From positions 33,156-97,155 of the forward strand of contig MQRK01173466.1 in assembly GCA_001938485.1 (NCBI GenBank): a stretch of 64,000 nucleotides of DNA. Reading direction: 5' to 3'. Source of the stretch: Girardia tigrina (taxonomy: Eukaryota). Numbering within the stretch: position 1 is the stretch's first letter; every line of letters starts with the position of its first letter. The notes under the pieces are model-generated. The model had not been told where the DNA came from. It did not search any database and saw only the letters and a list, made by a program, of their open reading frames with translations. The position numbers and the translations under genes are program-made. Positions 60,585 to 64,000 of the stretch are shown piece by piece.

Positions 60585-63011
60585 GATCGTTAGCGTAAAA
60601 GTGTGTTGTAATATATGAAATGAAAATGTGAATTTTAGCTTTTTATTGTTCGATTCTTAGATTTTATTTTACAAGAAAAATAAGTTTTCTTAAGTAAATT
60701 TGAAGGAAATCTTTGTTCAGATGTTAAATGCTCATTAAATTATTAAAATTCCTTGTGTTAAACAGTTATATTTAATGAGAGTCCAATGTTTAAACTATGT
60801 TAAGTAAATTGCAAAAAAGCAAGATGGTATATAAAGCAAAAATAATACATCTGTTTATTTTTCAAAATCGTTTGGTTATTTTATCTCTTTTGGCTTCAAA
60901 ATGAATATAAATTGAAAATTACTTTATTGAAAACAATTAGTAGTAAATTATTCTAAAGAATAATTATGATTATCAGATAAATTAAGAAAAATGCCTATTT
61001 TAAGAAATATAAGTACTTACCTTCAGGTAATATCTTATTTGTAATTATTCAAGACAAATGTCAAACAACTGGTATACAAAACAATTAGTGTTCTCTTATC
61101 ACAATGTAATATCCGTTCAATAAACTTTAAAAATTGAATTGAGTCCTTTATACAGCACTTACCTCGCTTTGAGTTTTAGTCTTATAGTGAAATAACCCCT
61201 AAAAACTAAGATAAGAAAGTAAAATAAGTTTGCTCTATTGACGTTCTGCATAATGTCTTATCAAAATTATTACATTACTTTATTTATTTGAATTGAACAT
61301 AGATATATGGTCTATAGAAGAAAAAGTTCTTAGATTTAAGTTTTTTAAAGTTTGGATTTAATTTAAAAAAATGCAAAAATATGTAGGACATTCCAAATCA
61401 AAAAATCTTATTATTTTGGTGCATCGTATATAAGGAAATATACCTTGGTGTAAAATAACATTTACTTTCTTACAACTTTTTGTATAAAAGTTTATTTCTA
61501 TGAACTTTAGTTTTCGAAATATTTAGCCGTCCCCATACTTTTGGATCACCCCGTATAAAATAACATATTTCTATACAGGATTTATTTGGTACTTTCTAAA
61601 AATTAAATAAATTATAACAGTTCCATTTCAGAAAACTGCATTTTTGACAATAACGTTTTTTCTACCCTGTATGTTTCTACCAAAAATTTTGGTAACATCC
61701 TTGGCATATTCTTATGCGAAATGTTATTGTTCTATGATAAATATTTTTGGAGATAATGAACCAATAGACAGAATGTTGTGAGCTTCTAATTAAGAAAGAG
61801 TAAATGTTTGGTATGAAAAATTGGTGTATTTTCTTATAATCTCTCTAAACAAAATAAGTTCCGTGGAATTTGCCTTTATAGTTCATTAGACTACTGAACT
61901 CTTGAGAAAGTTATTAACAAAAAAGGAAACTTTGGGAACCAATTAAATTTGAGTTTTCTTCGCCAAAGCTCTTAACCCCGCTACAATGTTAAATGTTTAA
62001 ATTTGAGATTCCTGGGAAGGGGGGTAATTTGAATGCAAAAAAACACAAAAATGCTGACATAAAAAATGTTTAGAAATCATCAAAATCTCCGTCAGACAAA
62101 TGATCAAATGGGTGCTGCCGAGCTTGAGCCTCTTGTTTCATTGGTATAACTCAGGTAAGTTTAGAGGCTAAAATGAATCCAGGGGGGTAATTACCCCCTT
62201 TACCCCCCCCTTTTTTGATCCGCCCTTGATCGCCAGTATAATACACTATTCACAGTATAAAATACCAATAACAGGATAATAAACCATTCTCAGCATACTA
62301 TACCATTCGCAGTATAATATAATATTCGCAGTAAAAAAACTATTTAGAAAAAGAGAAAATGTGCTGTACGTTACTCATCGTAGTGAGTACTGATCTATAT
62401 TTTTTAATAATTTTGAATATTACATCTATATTTTAATCCAGTGCTTAGTATAATTCAAAACGTAGAGAATAATTATTATACTTTATTAAATAAAATTAAA
62501 AAAACAAAACTAACTTTATTTTATCGGCTGGTTATATATAACAATTTTTAAAAATTGTAACGCAATATAAGTGGCAAGCAATTTTTAATAATATTCTAAA
62601 AAACATCAAAAATATTTTTCTTATAAAAACAACTATTCGATTTTAATACTTTGTTTTTTTCGATAAGTACAGGAACTAGGCTATAAAGCAACATATTGGA
62701 ATAATAATACTTCATCCTGTAATACATTAGTCATTATTGTGTAATGAAATGGTTGATTGTTAATTCGATTATGCAGAATTAAAAATCAACACTAAATATT
62801 TCTATGACCATTTCAATGACTGCATATTTTGAGTAAAAATTGACAAAATTACTGTTTTTTTCTAATAAATTTCGATTTTTATTGAATTACAAAACTAAAT
62901 GTATATTGTAATATCAGAAATAGTCATTAATGAAGCACACACATATTTAATACTTTATGGTATGTAACAAGTAAATAATTTTCACAAATGTTCAATTATT
63001 ACTATTAAAAA

Positions 63012-63508
63012 CTAGCGCGCTCGGCCCGCTTCGCGGCCCTCTCTTGCCGGGGGTTCAATTTTTTTTATATTATAAAAGCCCAAGTCACTCACTGCCTGCC
63101 TCACTAATGCTGTAAGGTAAATTTTTGNNNNNNNNNNNNNNNNNNNNNNNNNNNNNNNNNNNNNNNNNNNNNNNNNNNNNNNNNNNNNNNNNNNNNNNNN
63201 NNNNNNNNNNNNNNNNNNNNNNNNNNNNNNNNNNNNNNNNNNNNNNNNNNNNNNNNNNNNNNNNNNNNNNNNNNNNNNNNNNNNNNNNNNNNNNNNNNNN
63301 NNNNNNNNNNNNNNNNNNNNNNNNNATACAGAATTTTTCATAATAAATTGATATTTTTTCACATTAAATACAGAATTTTTCATAATAAATTGATATTTTT
63401 TCACATTTACATTTATTTTTCAACAAATAATACTGTTATTACGTTAACAATTATTACGTCAGCGTTAATGAAGCAGGCAGTGAGTGACTTGGGCTTTTAT
63501 AATATAGA
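63012..63508 (-). mobile_element. Non-autonomous Helitron with internal inverted copy of its 5' end and ~42-bp tandem repeats
   Basis: Minus strand A|TCTATATTATAAAAGCCC...GC hairpin (GGCCCGCTTCGCGGCC)...CTAG|T; ~45-bp inverted repeat at 63066-63112 / 63460-63506. Confidence 0.8.
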
Positions 63509-64000
63509 TAGTTATTCAATAATATTTCTTACTGTTTATAAATGAAAGTGTAGCTTTAACATAAAACAATGTGTCATTTCTCGTGACTTGAATCCAGTGT
63601 TTCTTCCAGCCATGTACGGTCGGGGGAACATTCCCCCCTTAAATTTAACGCTTCCTTCTCAAAAATTGCAATTATAAACCATATTTAGCAATAAACCCCC
63701 AAATGTTTTTAAGTAGTGACATTCAAATAATAACATACAATGCAAATAATGGAGCAAAACTACAGCTAACATACACACCTAAAAATAAAGGGGTTTCTAA
63801 CATCTTGTCTAGATAGGCTGAATGATATGCCATCGCTATATTAGGTTGGACATTGAGTGACTTATCCACATATTTTGTACATATAAATATATATACATCA
63901 GTGTCAGTGGAGTAGAGTGGCTGTCAGTCAGTAGCAATTTAAGTATATATAACACACATACACATACGAGCGTGCGTAACGCACTGTTGTTGGTTAATGA

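Larger units (their letters stand above)
57006..62228. mobile_element. Candidate 5.2-kb hAT-bounded composite unit
   Basis: Left CAAGGGCGTATCC followed by a G-run and GTAAA; right end reverse complement CAAGGGCGGATC followed by a G-run and GTAAA; imperfect flanks ATCGGAGT / ATCGCCAGT. Confidence 0.45.

Noticed and set aside
1-64000. tRNA, rRNA, snRNA or SL RNA genes
   Set aside because: None recognised by eye; a covariance-model search (tRNAscan-SE, Infernal) would be needed to exclude them.

Overview
AT-rich, transposon-dense animal genomic DNA with spliceosomal GT-AG introns and several N gaps. The troponin C is of the molluscan/spiralian type, so a lophotrochozoan such as a flatworm is likely (inference). 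Two intact host genes sit head-to-head, with ATGs about 760 bp apart. The first is a 6-exon SCAR/WAVE (WASF) gene on the minus strand (33521->7974, 340 aa) whose acidic tail lacks the usual terminal Trp. The second is a 6-exon troponin C on the plus strand (34281->51948, 154 aa) with only EF-hand IV canonical and a 16.9 kb intron. Introns and flanks hold nested mobile DNA: three Ty3/gypsy relics, three copies of a solo-LTR-like element with TA...CA ends and 5-bp TSDs, many Tc1/mariner elements, hAT, piggyBac-type MITEs, Merlin, Chapaev3, Helitrons, a MULE-like end, Penelope-like RT and an RLE non-LTR retroelement. Histone H4 and SmG pseudogene fragments lie inside a candidate 5.2 kb hAT-bounded unit. 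Several CpG-rich orphan gene-like islands are present, including a compact divergent-promoter cassette at 0.4-3.2 kb that I cannot assign. I found no demonstrably new biological system. The best leads are the orphan cassette, possible gene-fragment capture, the TA...CA solo-LTR family and the atypical WAVE C-terminus.
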